NCBI GenBank assembly: GCA_950097015.1
Contig: CATNEN010000005.1
Coordinates: 2,046,001-2,110,000 of the forward strand
DNA: 64,000 nucleotides
From: Macrostomum hystrix
Taxonomy: Eukaryota > Animalia > Platyhelminthes
Reading direction: 5' to 3'
A program made the translations under genes and the position numbers. Below the pieces are notes generated by a model. It had not been told where the DNA came from. It made no database searches and saw nothing but the letters and a program-made list of their open reading frames with translations. Shown piece after piece: positions 1 through 12,246 of this stretch (the first letter of the stretch is position 1; each line of letters begins with the position of its first letter).

Positions 1-2524
1 AACAGTATTAAAAATTATTTTATCTCCAAATACCGGACATTTTTCTTCATTTTCGGTAAATAATAAGATCGTAATGATAATGACGTAAACTGCGGCTTAG
101 CGGGTATATTAGTATTTTTAGATTTTAATATTCTGCCCTTCCCACGTACCCTTCCTGATGACTTACCTTAACACGACTTTAAGCTGTCAAGTTCCCTCCC
201 GGTCGCAAATTACGAGCGTATCTTATTTATCTCTTCGCCTGTCAAAATGCGCCCACACAGCTCCCTCGATTATACCTGATTTAGTACCCACCCCTTCTAC
301 CTTTTTCCATCACGACATAGACATAAATCATTTCCTTCATTTTCATTCGCGTACCCGTACCCGACGCCGGCCAGTCAAAACTCTTCTTACGTAATTATCG
401 CGCACCCACGGGTCAATTGGTCACGAGCTGATGCGCGCGATCATTACATGAGCACGTACGTCTCTGCTGGGCTCCATAATTAAGTGATTAGTATTGCGGC
501 GCGCTGTTTCGAGCAGACCTACCCAACCTTTCGAGACTATTTTATTATCATTCCGGACCTTTACGATCTTTTACGACCTTTCCGATCTTTTGTGATCCTT
601 TCGTGATCCGTTTGAAGTGCTTTTCTTACCTTCCTGACCGGGTTGGACCTTTGCTTAACTTTCGTCGACCAGTCACCGTTCCTGACGTTCGTCTTCCAAC
701 CGTCCATCCGTCCCGACGCTTCGAACCAGGCCAGCTGCGTCACGCGTCTATCTAAGCGCATCCGCCACAACACTTGCGCAGAGTCGCGTCGCCGCGCCGC
801 CTGACCTGCCTGAAGCCAGCGCTTCGTCACCGTATCGAGGATCGTGCCCCTAATTTGGATGTCTCGATCGCTCAAGCGCAAGGAATAATTCATAATTGTG
901 CCAGTCACACTGTAGGCCCTTTTCACTCTCCTTTAATCTCTAATCTTTACTTTTTAATTTATCTATTCATTTCCGATATGAAACTAAATAGAAGGTTAAT
1001 TATATTAGTGGGGCTTTAGCAATCTACGAGACTTGAGAACAAGAGCTAAATCTTTGTTTAATTCCTAGGTAAATTGTGAATAGCGAAGAGCGAGTAAGCT
1101 AGTGCATTGCTACCTGCAAGACCATGCCAAGCTTGATGGCATGAGCCCGTCAGAGTGGATGATTTCGCGCAGCACAGAATTGAATTCCATCGACAGTTAG
1201 ACAGACGAATGAGTATTACAATGAAAACGAAAGCCTGATTAATTACAATGTATACTACACGTACGATTAATACCACAGTACATCTGTAATGTAATGCTAA
1301 TGTTAGGCAAATGCAAACAACGAATCTGATCTAATGTAATCATAGGCTTAGCTTAGGCATCGCACACCACACTACATGGAAACCGAACTTTAACATCATT
1401 TTCGGTCATAGACGTTGGAAATGAGCCTAAAGTACATTCTCTTTTAGAGCGGAGAAGCACCGTTTTTCGTCAGGGTCAGTTGGTTGTGCTGTCCAGTAGG
1501 TGGCAAGCAGGTCCTACAAGCACGTCGAGAGTAACCTCTCCTGCTACCTTAAATCATTCATTACTGAGCAGTAAAAAATTATATTTTATGAATTACAAAG
1601 TATAAAAAAACATCGTAAATTTATCTTCCCAAAAGCCCTAGAAACTACTTATTTTGGTCAGTTGTAGAAACTCCTAATAGATGCTCAAAATAGATCTCAA
1701 GTACATAAAAAAGAGTAAGATAAAAGGCTAGATTAGTGTAAGATACGTCGATAAGACACGCGGGAATCGAGTACAGTAATTGAATATTCTGGACTGCTAC
1801 AATAGGGAGAACCTATAGTGGCTTCTTACAGGAATCAGTTGTTAAAAGGCTTCTGAATTCGTGCTTATACGAGTATTAACAAAGATTGACTACTTCTGTT
1901 CAGTCCAGGGACTGGGGGTCGCAACACCCGCCCTCAATTACGCCAGATAATGCTGCATAGTTATACAGTTAACAGCGGGGTGAACTGAAGTAATACTGAG
2001 TTTTAGGAGCTAATTAGTTGAGTCAGTAATTTAACCATCAAGGCCAAACGTTATTTTGGCAACCAAAAATTAAACTAAATCCGGGTGAAGGATATAAAGA
2101 GCTTAAAAAAGTTGGACGCAAAATTTCTTCTGGCGCCAATTTAAATATTCGTCATTCTTATTTTCTCCGTAGAAAAGCTTTTATATTTTCATAACTTGTA
2201 TTTCATATTGTCTCGACATACTTACTGCCAAGGGCTTTGAGCTGAATGCTTCTAATATAAGGAGATAATTACTGCAGTGATAAACAACAAAAAATCTTGA
2301 GAATAGTGATTGTGCTCAACAAGGCTTTTTTGTGCTTGTCTTTGCTAGAGTTATTTTATAATACTCCATACCTGTTTAAAAATGTTCTCAATCAATTCAT
2401 TTTATAATTTTTTTTTGTCACGTTCGAGCATGAAAATTTAGCTCGTCAGGAATTAAAAAATTAAATTGAGCATACTAAATATCTATAGACAACAATTAGG
2501 CCCACTGGTAATCTTTTTGTCCGC

Positions 2525-3330
2525 CCATTCCTCTATCTTCGTCCCTTCATCAACCCGATTCCTCCATCTTCCTCCCTGCATCCGCCCCAATCCTCCATTT
2601 TCCTCCCTCCACCCTAATCCTCCATTTTCCTCCCTCCATATACCCCCATCTTCCTCACTCCATCCACCCCAATCCTCCATCTTCCTCCCTCCATTCAAGC
2701 CAATCCTCCATCTTCCTCACTCCATCCACCCCAATACTCCATCTTTCTCCCTCCATCCGCCCCAATCCTCCATCTTTCTCCCTCCATCCGCCCCAATCCT
2801 CCATCTTTCTCCCTCCATCCGCCCCAATCCTCCATCTTTCTCCCTCCATCCGCCCCAATCCTCCATCCGCCCCAATACTCCATCTTTCTCCCTCCATCCG
2901 CCCCAATCCTCCATCTTTCTCCCTCCATCCGCCCCAATCCTCCATCCGCCCCAATCCTCCATCCGCCCCAATCCTCCATCCGCCCCAATCCTCCATCCGC
3001 CCCAATCCTCCATCCGCCCCAATCCTCCATCCGCCCCAATCCTCCATCCGCCCCAATCCTCCATCCGCCCCAATCCTCCATCCGCCCCAATCCTCCATCC
3101 GCCCCAATCCTCCATCCGCCCCAATCCTCCATCCGCCCCAATCCTCCATCCGCCCCAATCCTCCATCCGCCCCAATCCTCCATCCGCCCCAATCCTCCAT
3201 CCGCCCCAATCCTCCATCCGCCCCAATCCTCCATCCGCCCCAATCCTCCATCCGCCCCAATCCTCCATCCGCCCCAATCCTCCATCCGCCCCAATCATCC
3301 GTCTTTCTCCCTCCATCCGTCCCAATCCTC
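2525..3330 (+). repeat. Minisatellite, 17-bp core CCATCCGCCCCAATCCT with longer (~29-bp) variants
   Basis: Direct tandem repetition; the overlapping ORFs in the track are repeat translations. Confidence 0.95.
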
Positions 3331-4109
3331 TGTATGTATGTGACAGTCAGTATTTCTATCGTGCTATATTTCTATATTTCTATATGTTAGTATTCTACCT
3401 CTCACAATAAGTGCACTGCATAACTGTGGCAGTATGTACTGAATTTTTTCACAAATGAATTTGTGCAGTAGATAAAAGATGATTGTACTGAAACTACAAG
3501 GTAATGCACTGCAGAAGAATTAAATACTGCCTTCTGAATAACCAGCAATAACTCGATAATTTAACAGTGCTTATCCATCGTAATAGCTAAAATTATCTTG
3601 CTCAAGGACATTTGAGAAAGCAATTTGAGAAAGTCCTGTCTATTAAACTCTCGATATAAATACAGTTTTCATGCCAAACCGAACTTTAAAAATTATTTGA
3701 ACACTAGAACGACCACTTGTCTAGCAAAGCTACGTCTAAAGCTAGCAAACTTAAAAATATGTCAAAAAAATCTCTTAACTACTGCAGTGTATATTTTTTG
3801 CTTATAATATAATATAAAAAAGTCCATTTAGAAGAATTTGTTAGTGCGTGCACTCGACAGTTTAAACTAAAATTAAATTCTTATTCTTTAATGAAGAGCT
3901 GAGCAATCTACCTTTATGAATATCTAAGAGCTGCTTGAATAAAAATAAACTTGAGACGCGTTTCGGCCTAAACAACGGGGCTCTACATTTTGTTCTCAGA
4001 CAGATAAAAACGGCAAAATTTTAGCTTCAGAAAGTCAATCAGTCATTGTTGTGCGTGGCACACTCTTTTCCTCATGCAATCTTCGCCGATGCATAGATAT
4101 ACCGATCGG

Positions 4110-5199
4110 TCACAGAACCCTGAGAATGTAGTACATTCCAGGCAAATCTCTGTAATAGAACGGCCTCTCCTCCCACAGGACCGTTTGCCAGAGACCCTCA
4201 TCCTGGAGCTTGACCAGTTCGGGCTCCAGGTTTTTCAGCTCCGGGTCAGTTAGTCCGTAGGCCTTGCGCATTCCGATGCAGACGAGACCTCCTGGAGTTG
4301 ACCAAGACATATACAGCAGTAGTATCAGCGTATTAGCTCGACCTACTTGTACTACTAGCTTTGATTAAAATCACATGTTAAAATAATAATAATCTTTGTA
4401 GGAGGGCTGCCACCAATGGCACATCATTTGGTGCCACAAGACCGGCGAGGAGGCAGTTCTGCCCATTTCGCTGACTCCTGAGCACACACTCACACAGTTG
4501 TGCCCTGACTTTCTCATTGTCAGGCAGTGTACCCTTATACTGTGCCTTGGAGGTTGGCCACCAAAGCCTTCTCTCCGCGGCTCAGCCCCAAATGAATGTG
4601 GTCTCGCCGTAGAATCGAGCTCATGACTTTGGTGCGAGAGCCAGACCCGCTCTGTTACCCACCTCCAAAACTCAGATATATGCTATTAGTAAAGTTAAAC
4701 TACCTGGCTTCACAACAGCGCACAGGTGTCTCAGGCAGGACGGCTTCATGTGGTTCGGGCAAAAGGAACCGGCAGTCAACACGGCGTCGTAGGTTCGAGG
4801 CTCGGCGCAGCTCATCGGACGGTCCTCGATAAACTCGACGAACAAGTTTTCGTAGACGCCCTTGCCCCGCGCAATGTCCACCATCTCGGAGCTGCCGTCC
4901 ACGCCATCAATCCGTTGATAGCCCAGCTTCCGCAGGCGGTCGCCAACCAAACCCGTGCCGCATGCGACATCAAAGATGCGGAGCTGCTGGCGATCTTGAG
5001 TTGGCGACATCAGATTCACCTGCTGATTGTACAGATCAACCAGGATGTCCGGATTGTGGTAGCCGTGTTGAACACCTAGCACGTCTCCCTCGTAGGTTCT
5101 GGCCCAAACCTTGTAAATCTCCATGACCTGGTCAGGTGTGAGACTTTCCTGTATGAGGATAAAGTTATTCTTTTTGAACCGCTCAATCAGTTCACTCAT
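4110..5199 (-). CDS. METTL27: METTL27/WBSCR27-like class I SAM-dependent methyltransferase, copy 1 (exons 5199-4704, 4291-4110; 225 aa)
   Basis: Motif I IFDVACGTG, GVDGSSEM, YDAVLTAG and VVKPGGLV. GT-AG intron 4703-4292 joins in phase to the exon ending YYILRVL*. Confidence 0.85.
4385..4675 (-). mobile_element. tRNA-derived SINE copy with internal deletions, in the METTL27 copy-1 intron
   Basis: Shares head (GAGCTCGATTC), body and (ATT)n tail with the other five copies. Confidence 0.75.
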
Positions 5200-5766
5200 T
5201 ATCGCGCAGAGGCTGACGACTGTTCCTATACGATATCAGGTTGCTCAATTAACGTGCAACTTTTTCCTTTTGTTTTCTTCTTCAGCGTCGAAATCCGACA
5301 GAATTTATAAAAATCTACGCAGCGCCGTAGGCCTGTACCTTATTATGTTTTAGGTTTTGTATGAATCATTCTGATCTAATTAAAGAAGAGGACATACCGT
5401 CAATATAAAAAAACAGTGCAGACGAACGCACTGCAAAAACAAATATGTTACGGTTATAATGACCATATAATAAGCATTGTTCGCGCCATTGCAAATCTTT
5501 TTCAAGAAAGGCCTATTTAAAGCCACGCCGTGCGTCAATGGCTCAAGTACATCTTTCTTAGAAATACCAACCGACCTCATTGTTTTCCGTGTCTTTTTAC
5601 AGCCTTGTTATTAAATTAATATTTCCGAGGTATTGCGGATTGCTATAAATATAATGCTTACGATAAATCAATTTAACTAGGCACTGCGGCGAAATTACGC
5701 TCGTATCGAATTTCACAAAAACGGGGATTGTAGTAAAAACTTGAAATTCTACGTGTAAATAAAACG

Positions 5767-6045
5767 CCCTAATCCTCCATCTTCCTCCCTCCACCCACCC
5801 CAATCCTCCATCTTCCTCCCTCCACCCACCCCAATCCTCCATCTTCCTCCCTCCACCCACCCCAATCCTCCATCTTCCTCTCTCCGTGCCCCAATCCTCC
5901 ATTTTCCTCTTTCCCTGCCCCAATCCTCCATATTACTCCCTCCATCCGCCACAATCCTCAATCTTCCTCCCTCCACCCGCCCCAATCCTCCATCTTCCCC
6001 CCTCCATGCCCCAACCCTCCATATTCCTCCGTCCATTCACCTCAA
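5767..6045 (+). repeat. CCAATCCTCCATC-family minisatellite at the junction of the duplicated units
   Basis: Same motif family as 2525-3330 and 8656-10015. Confidence 0.9.
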
Positions 6046-6528
6046 TCATCAAATACAATAAAAAGATGAATATATCGAGCGTACAAGGTAATGCACCGCA
6101 AAATAATTAAGTACTGCCTTTTGAAAAACCAGCAATAACTCGATAATTTAACAGTGCTTATCCATCGTAATAGCTAAAATTATCTTGCTCAAGGACATTT
6201 GAGAAAGCAATTTGAGAAAGTCCTGTCTATTAAACGCTCGATATAAATAGAGTTTTCATGCCTAACCGAACTTTAAAAATTATTTGAACACTAGATCGAA
6301 CGACCACTTGTCTAGCAAAGCTACGTCTAAAGCTAGCAAACTTAAAAATATGTCAAAAAAATCTCTTAACTACTGCAGTGTATATTTTTTGCTTATAATA
6401 TAATATAAAAAAGTCCATTTAGAAGAATTTGTTAGTGCGTGCACTCGACAGTTTAAACTAAAATTAAATTCTTGTTCTTTAATGAAGAGTTGAGCAATAT
6501 ACCTTTATGAATATCTAAGAGCTGCTTG

Positions 6529-6913
6529 TGTAAGCCTTGCAAATACGCTTCAGAACATTGTATTTGCATGGCTCACATGATTCGCGTACACGACGAGGCA
6601 TCCGTGGATCGATACGGCCCAGGAATGTGAGGAAGAAGTTCGGCGAGCGTTCGCTGGGGAGCGTGTGCGTGTGGGACAAAGAAACAGCTGCCCCCTGTGT
6701 TAGCAATCTCCCAGCGTTCTCCCTCTCTCCCCATTCTGTCTCTGTTGTGCGCGCTGCTTGAATTTAAATACACTAGAAGCGAGAGGCAGAGCTACGCTGC
6801 CGCTTTTCATGTGACTCCGGAGTCCACACAGAAACGGGCCTCTGGCCCGTGGAGCGTTTATCTCTCTGTTGCTGTGGCAGAAGGTAACAGGAAGACAAAA
6901 CTTTCCTGTTATA
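6529..6913. mobile_element. Solo-LTR-like insertion, 385 bp, 5-bp TSD GCTTG
   Basis: Absent from unit 1 (gagctgcttgaataaaa). Flanked by GCTTG at 6524-6528 and 6914-6918. Ends are TGTAA...TTATA, i.e. TG...CA with one change. Confidence 0.7.
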
Positions 6914-7091
6914 GCTTGAATAAAAATAAACTCGAGACGCGTTTCGGCCTAAACAACGGGGCTCTACATTTTGTTCTCAGACAGATAAATAAGACACAAA
7001 TTTTAGCTTCAGAAAGTCAATCAGTTATTGTTGTGCGTGGCACACTCTTTTCCTCATGCAATCTTAGCCGATGCATAGATATACCGATCGG

Positions 7092-8212
7092 TCACAGAAC
7101 CCTGAGGATGTAGTACATTCCAGGCAAATCTCTGTAATAGAACGGCCTCTCCTCCCACAGGACCGTTTGCCAGAGACCCTCGTCCTGGAGCTTGACCAGT
7201 TCGGGCTCCAGGTTTTTCAGCTCCGGGTCAGTTAGTCCGTAGGCCTTGCGCATTCCGATGCAGACGAGACCTCCTGGAGTTGACCAACAAATACAGCAAT
7301 AGTAGCGTATTAGTGCGACCTACTTGTACTACTAGCGTTGATTAAAATCACATGTTAAAATAATAATAATCTTTGTAGGAGGGCTGCCACCAATGGCACA
7401 TCATTTGTTGCCACTAGACCCGCAGCCAGCGAGGAGGCAATTCTGCCCATTTCGCTGACTCCTGAGCACACACTCACAAACTTACCGTATGCAGGCACAC
7501 ACTCACACAGTTGTGCCCTGACTTTCTCATTGTCAGGCAGTGTACCCTTATACTGTGCCTTGGAGGTTGGCCACCAAAGCCTTCTCTCCGCGGCTCAGCC
7601 CCAAATAAATGTGGTCTCGCCGTGGAATCGAGCTCAGGACCTTGGTGTGAGAGCCAGACCCGCTCTGCTACTCACCCCCAAAACTCAGATTTATGCTATT
7701 AGTAAAGTTAAACTACCTGGCTTCACAACAGCGCACAGGTGTCTCAGGCAGGACGGCTTCATGTGGTTCGGGCAAAAGGAACCGGCAGTCAACACGGCGT
7801 CGTAGGTTCGAGGCTCGGCGCAGCTCATCGGACGGTCCTCCATAAACTCGACGAACAAGTTTTCGTAGACGCCCTTGCCCCGCGCAATGTCCACCATCTC
7901 GGAGCTGCCGTCCACGCCATCAACCCGTTGATAGCCCAGCTTCCGCAGGCGGTCGCCAACCAAACCCGTGCCGCATGCGACATCAAAGATGCGGAGCTGC
8001 TGGCGATCTTGAGTTGGCGACATCAGATTCACCTGCTGATTGTACAGATCAACCAGGATGTCCGGATTGTGGTAGCCGTGTTGAACACCCAGCACGTCTC
8101 CCTCGTAGGTTCTGGCCCAAACCTTGTAAATCTCCATGACCTGGTCAGGTGTGAGACTTTCCTGCATGAGGATAAAGTTATTCTTTTTGAACCGCTCAAT
8201 CAGTTCACTCAT
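7092..8212 (-). CDS. METTL27: METTL27/WBSCR27-like methyltransferase, copy 2 (exons 8212-7717, 7273-7092; 225 aa)
   Basis: Same structure as copy 1 and intact; exon 1 differs by I/M, I/V and I/M substitutions. Confidence 0.85.
7365..7690 (-). mobile_element. tRNA-derived SINE copy in the METTL27 copy-2 intron
   Basis: Head GAGCTCGATTCC, conserved body, (ATT)n tail. Confidence 0.8.
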
Positions 8213-8655
8213 TATCGCGCAGAGGCTGACGACTGTTCCTATACGATATCAAGTTGCTCAATTTACGTGCAACCTTTTCCTTTTGTTTTCTTCTTCAGCG
8301 TCGAAATCCGACAGAATTTATAAAAATCTACGCAGCGCCGTAGGCCTGTACCTTATTATGTTTTAGGTTTTGTATGAATCATTCTGATCTAATTAAAGAA
8401 GAGGATATACCGTCAGTATTAAAAAAACAGTGCAGACGAACGCACTGCAAAAACAAATATATTACGGTTGTAATGACCATATAATAAGCATTGTTCGCGC
8501 CATTGCAATTTTTTTCAAGGCAGGCCTATTTAAAGCCGCGCCGTGCGTCAATGGCTCAAGTACATCTTTCTTAGAAATACCAACCGACCTCATTGTTTTC
8601 CGTTTCTTTTTACAGCCTTGTTATTAAATTAATATTTCCGAGGTATTGCGGATTG

Positions 8656-10015
8656 CAATCCTCCATCTTCCTCCCTCCACCCTAATCCTCCATATTCCTA
8701 CCTCCATCCGCCCCAATCCTCTATCTTTCTCCTCTATCCGCCACAATCCTCCATCTTCCGCCTCCATCTTCCTCCCCCATCTTCCTTCCTCCGTTCGCCC
8801 CATTCCCAATTCTTCCTGCCTCCATCCGCCCCAATCCTAATTCTTCCTCCCTCCATCCGCCCCATTTCTACTTCTTCCTCCCTCCATCCGCCCCATTCCT
8901 ACTTCTTCCTCCCTCTATCCGCCCCATTCCTAATTCTTCATCCCTCCATCCGCCCCAATCCTCCATCTTCCTCCTCCCTCCACCCCAATCCTCCATCTTC
9001 CTCCTCCCTCCACCCCAATCCTCCATCTTCCTCCTCCCTCCATCCCAATCCTCCATCTTCCTCCTCCATCCACCCCAATCCTCCATCTTCCTCCTCCATC
9101 CACCCCAATCCTCCATCTTCCTCCTCCATCCGCCCCAATCCTCCATCTTCCTCCTCCCTCCACCCCAATCCTCCATCTTCGTCCCACAATCCGCCCCAAT
9201 CCTCGAGGACATCTTTCTCCCTCCATCCGCCCCATTCTAACTTCTTCCTCCCTCCATCCGCCCCAATCCTCCATCTTTCTCCCTCCATCCGCCCCATTCC
9301 TAATTCTTCATCCCTCCATCCACCCCAATCCTCCATCTTCCTCCTCCATCCGCCCCAATCCTCCATCTTCCTCCTCCCTCCACCCCAATCCTCCATCTTC
9401 CTCCTCCCTCCACCCCAATCCTCCATCTTCCTCCTCCATCCGCCCCAATCCTCCATCTTCCTCCTCCCTCCACCCCAATCCTCCATCTTCGTCCCTCCAT
9501 CCGCCCCAATCCTCCATCTTTCTCCCTCCATCCGCCCCATTCCTACTTCTTCATCCCTCCATCCACCCCAATCCTCCATCTTTCTCCCTCCATCCGCCCC
9601 ATTCCTAATTCTTCATCCCTCCATCCACCCCAATCCTCAATCTTCCTCCTCCATCCGCCCCAATCCTCCATCTTCCTCCTCCCTCCACCCCAATCCTCCA
9701 TCTTCCTCCTCCCTCCACCCCAATCCTCCATCTTCCTCCTCCATCCGCCCCAATCCTCCATCTTCCTCCTCCCTCCACCCCAATCCTCCATCTTCGTCCC
9801 TCCATCCGCCCCAATCCTCCATCTTTCTCCCTCCATCCGCCCCATTCCTACTTCTTCCTCCCTCCAAACGCCCCAATCCTCCATCTTTCTCCCTCCATCC
9901 GCCCCATTCCTACTTCTTCCTCCCTCCATCCGCCCCAATCCTCCATCTTCCTCCCTCTACCCCAATCCTCCATCTTCCTCCATCCACCCCAATCCTCCAT
10001 TTTCCCAAAGCCATC
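8656..10015 (+). repeat. CCAATCCTCCATC-family minisatellite, large array
   Basis: Direct tandem repetition with mixed unit lengths. Confidence 0.95.
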
Positions 10016-10024
10016 CTAATACTT

Positions 10025-11150
10025 TAATTATTCCCCAGTTGGATTGGCCCATAGACCAGATAAATTTATTTATTTGGCCGTTTAAATTAATCTGGCCGGG
10101 ACAGATAAACATTTATCTGGTCCGGTGACAATTATCTGGCTTCAACTGTGGAAAAAATACATTATTATTGTTTTCTTCATCACATGTCTTCTGCATGTCT
10201 TCTGCATCACATGTCTTCTGCATGTCTTCTGCATCACATGTCTTCTGCATGTCTTCTGCATCACAAGATTGTAGCAGCCACGATGACCGCAGAAAGATTT
10301 CAGACATTTGTGGAGGAGTTACTGGAGGTTGTAAGCAATCGGAACGACATCGGAGACGCTGACCAGATGCACATTGTGATGGACGGTGCTCGATTTCACG
10401 GTCGAATGCAGATTCCGGAGCAGTACGCTGCTAACTGGAGGGCCGTAACGCTGCCTCCCTACTCGCCCTTCCTCAACCCTGTAGAAAATGCGCATTCCTG
10501 CGTGAAAGCGGCGATCAAGCGCGAGCTTTCCCAGCCTGAAGTGCAGAGAGAGCTGGACCTGCCACCTCTGGACACTCCGCTGTGGCAGTGGCGGATTCTG
10601 GTGCTGCACAGGATTGCAGAGGAGGCCACTGGTGAGGTGACTCCTGCCAAATGCGGCGGCTGGTTCAGGCAGATGCTGCGACGAGTTCCGGCCTGCTTGG
10701 CAGAGCAGCCGATTGACGACTGAATGGCGTTACGCTTTTTTTGCGAGTAACGCCGGACACTTTCTGTGCTGCGCTGTTCCCTTTAATTGTTTGCATATTG
10801 CGTTGCATTCAACTTTTTTAATGCGTTAAACTAACGGTTTAATAAAAAGTTTAATTAGTAAAAGCGTAGCTTAATAAAGAGAGTTAACACAAGGACGAAA
10901 TTGGTGCCCCGAGTGTTAAATTGGCTGCTCCTTCACCACACTTTTGGCCACAGACATGAGGCAGCAGCGACTGCAGCGCATGCGTTCTGCCACTTGGTGT
11001 TAAATTGAGTGCTCGCAGTGTCTATTTGGATGCAAAAAGGAATATCACCCACTTGTTTGACTTATCTATGGCCGAAAACGTCTTCGGACGAGTCCTCAGC
11101 CGTTCCCGGCCAAAATAAATAAAAAAAGTGCAGGGTGATAACTTATACTT
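10025..11150 (+). mobile_element. Non-autonomous Crypton-like terminal fragment, split by an insertion (~10166-11042)
   Basis: 10025-10165 plus 11043-11150 match the reverse complement of 54253-54510, where the sequence is contiguous (aatacattat|cacccac). Confidence 0.7.
10272..10723 (+). pseudogene. 5'-truncated Tc1/IS630-family (DDE_3-type) transposase remnant
   Basis: IVMDGARFH...LPPYSPFLNPVE carries the second D and the E, 33 residues apart. The first Asp and the HTH are missing. A Tc1-like end ...GCTCGCAGTG lies near 11020. Confidence 0.8.
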
Positions 11151-11679
11151 CTTGCCGGGAAGTTAAATTAAATGCAATTTCATTTCAGTGGGTTTTTTTA
11201 AATATGCCAGAAAAGTATCATTATAAAATGAGTCCTGATAAACAGTAGTCTCACTTTGAGAAGCTATATTTATTGTTGTTAAAAAGTCAGCCAAACAACA
11301 GCAACAACAAAAAAAGCCTTTAAAATGAGCAACGCAGCAACAGAAATGGGGAAATTTGAATAAACAAGATGAGCTAAGATTTTATTTAGGGCTAAAGCAA
11401 GCAGGAAAAGGCAAATGAAAATCAATGAAAATGATGGCTTTTTGAACAACAAAAAGGCAAGCGAAAAATGGCTTGCCTTTCCACCAATTAAAACAAGGAA
11501 AAACGCAAAAAACACTATGAGCATATAAAACAAATGTTATGTATAAACAAACCGGCTAAAATTGGCTAAACATCAGTCTGTAAATCAAAATTAAAAAAAA
11601 AATCCGACGAATGAAAAATGAGCTAGGATCTCTCAGAGCAGAGCATTATAAAAAGCTTCAAATCTTGCCTTAGACGAGC

Positions 11680-12246
11680 TCAGGTCGTCCTGCTGTCGTT
11701 ATCCTTCGAAATGAGACGCTTGTCATCAGTTTCAGCAGTGGGTAGAGCTTCTTCAACGCCAGGTAGACAGGGCTGATAGCGTTGCAGGCTCTTATGGCCG
11801 CACCTGTAGGTGTCAGATCGGACGTAGCCGAGTTCAGCTCTGGTCTGTGAGGCGCGCTGCAGTTTGCGCATAAATGCCGCGTGATGGAGCTCCAGCGAAG
11901 CTGCTTCAATGTTGAATCGGTGTCTGAGCAGGCTCAGGCGCGATTCGGCCTCTGTAAAGCCCTGGCTAACTAACTGCAGCATGCACGACTGTAGCTGCCT
12001 TCTAAGCTGATCCAATTTATCATCGACCACGGCTGATGGCATTGGCCAACAGAACGGAGGTTGGCGCTGATACTGGTGACGATTCTGAACATAATGCGCC
12101 TTTGTGGCTGCCGACATGGCCACTGCGGGACTAGCTGTGTGCATCTGCTGCACTGCAGGCTGATGCTGGAGCAGCAAAACCTGACCGCCCGACCAGGCGT
12201 GACGACCACCGGTAATGCCATCGTGTTGTAACATGCGACCAGACAT
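11680..12246 (-). CDS. Hypothetical 188-aa protein; Q/H-rich N-terminus, helical region resembling a condensed PBX PBC domain, no homeodomain
   Basis: GC-rich single ORF in AT-rich flanks, with an AG acceptor ~25 nt upstream of the ATG. The family resemblance is by eye only. Confidence 0.5.
   Translation of the reverse strand: MSGRMLQHDGITGGRHAWSGGQVLLLQHQPAVQQMHTASPAVAMSAATKAHYVQNRHQYQRQPPFCWPMPSAVVDDKLDQLRRQLQSCMLQLVSQGFTEAESRLSLLRHRFNIEAASLELHHAAFMRKLQRASQTRAELGYVRSDTYRCGHKSLQRYQPCLPGVEEALPTAETDDKRLISKDNDSRTT

Larger units (their letters stand above)
3495..8655. repeat. Tandem segmental duplication: unit 1 ~3495-5650, unit 2 ~6080-8655
   Basis: Colinear near-identity of flanks, exons, intron and intronic SINE; offset 3013 bp at the ATG. 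Confidence 0.9.

Noticed and set aside
150-1300. CpG-rich segment with short ORFs (561..926, 774..1019), possibly an LTR or retroelement end
   Set aside because: No recognisable domain, paired termini, PBS/PPT or second copy in the window.
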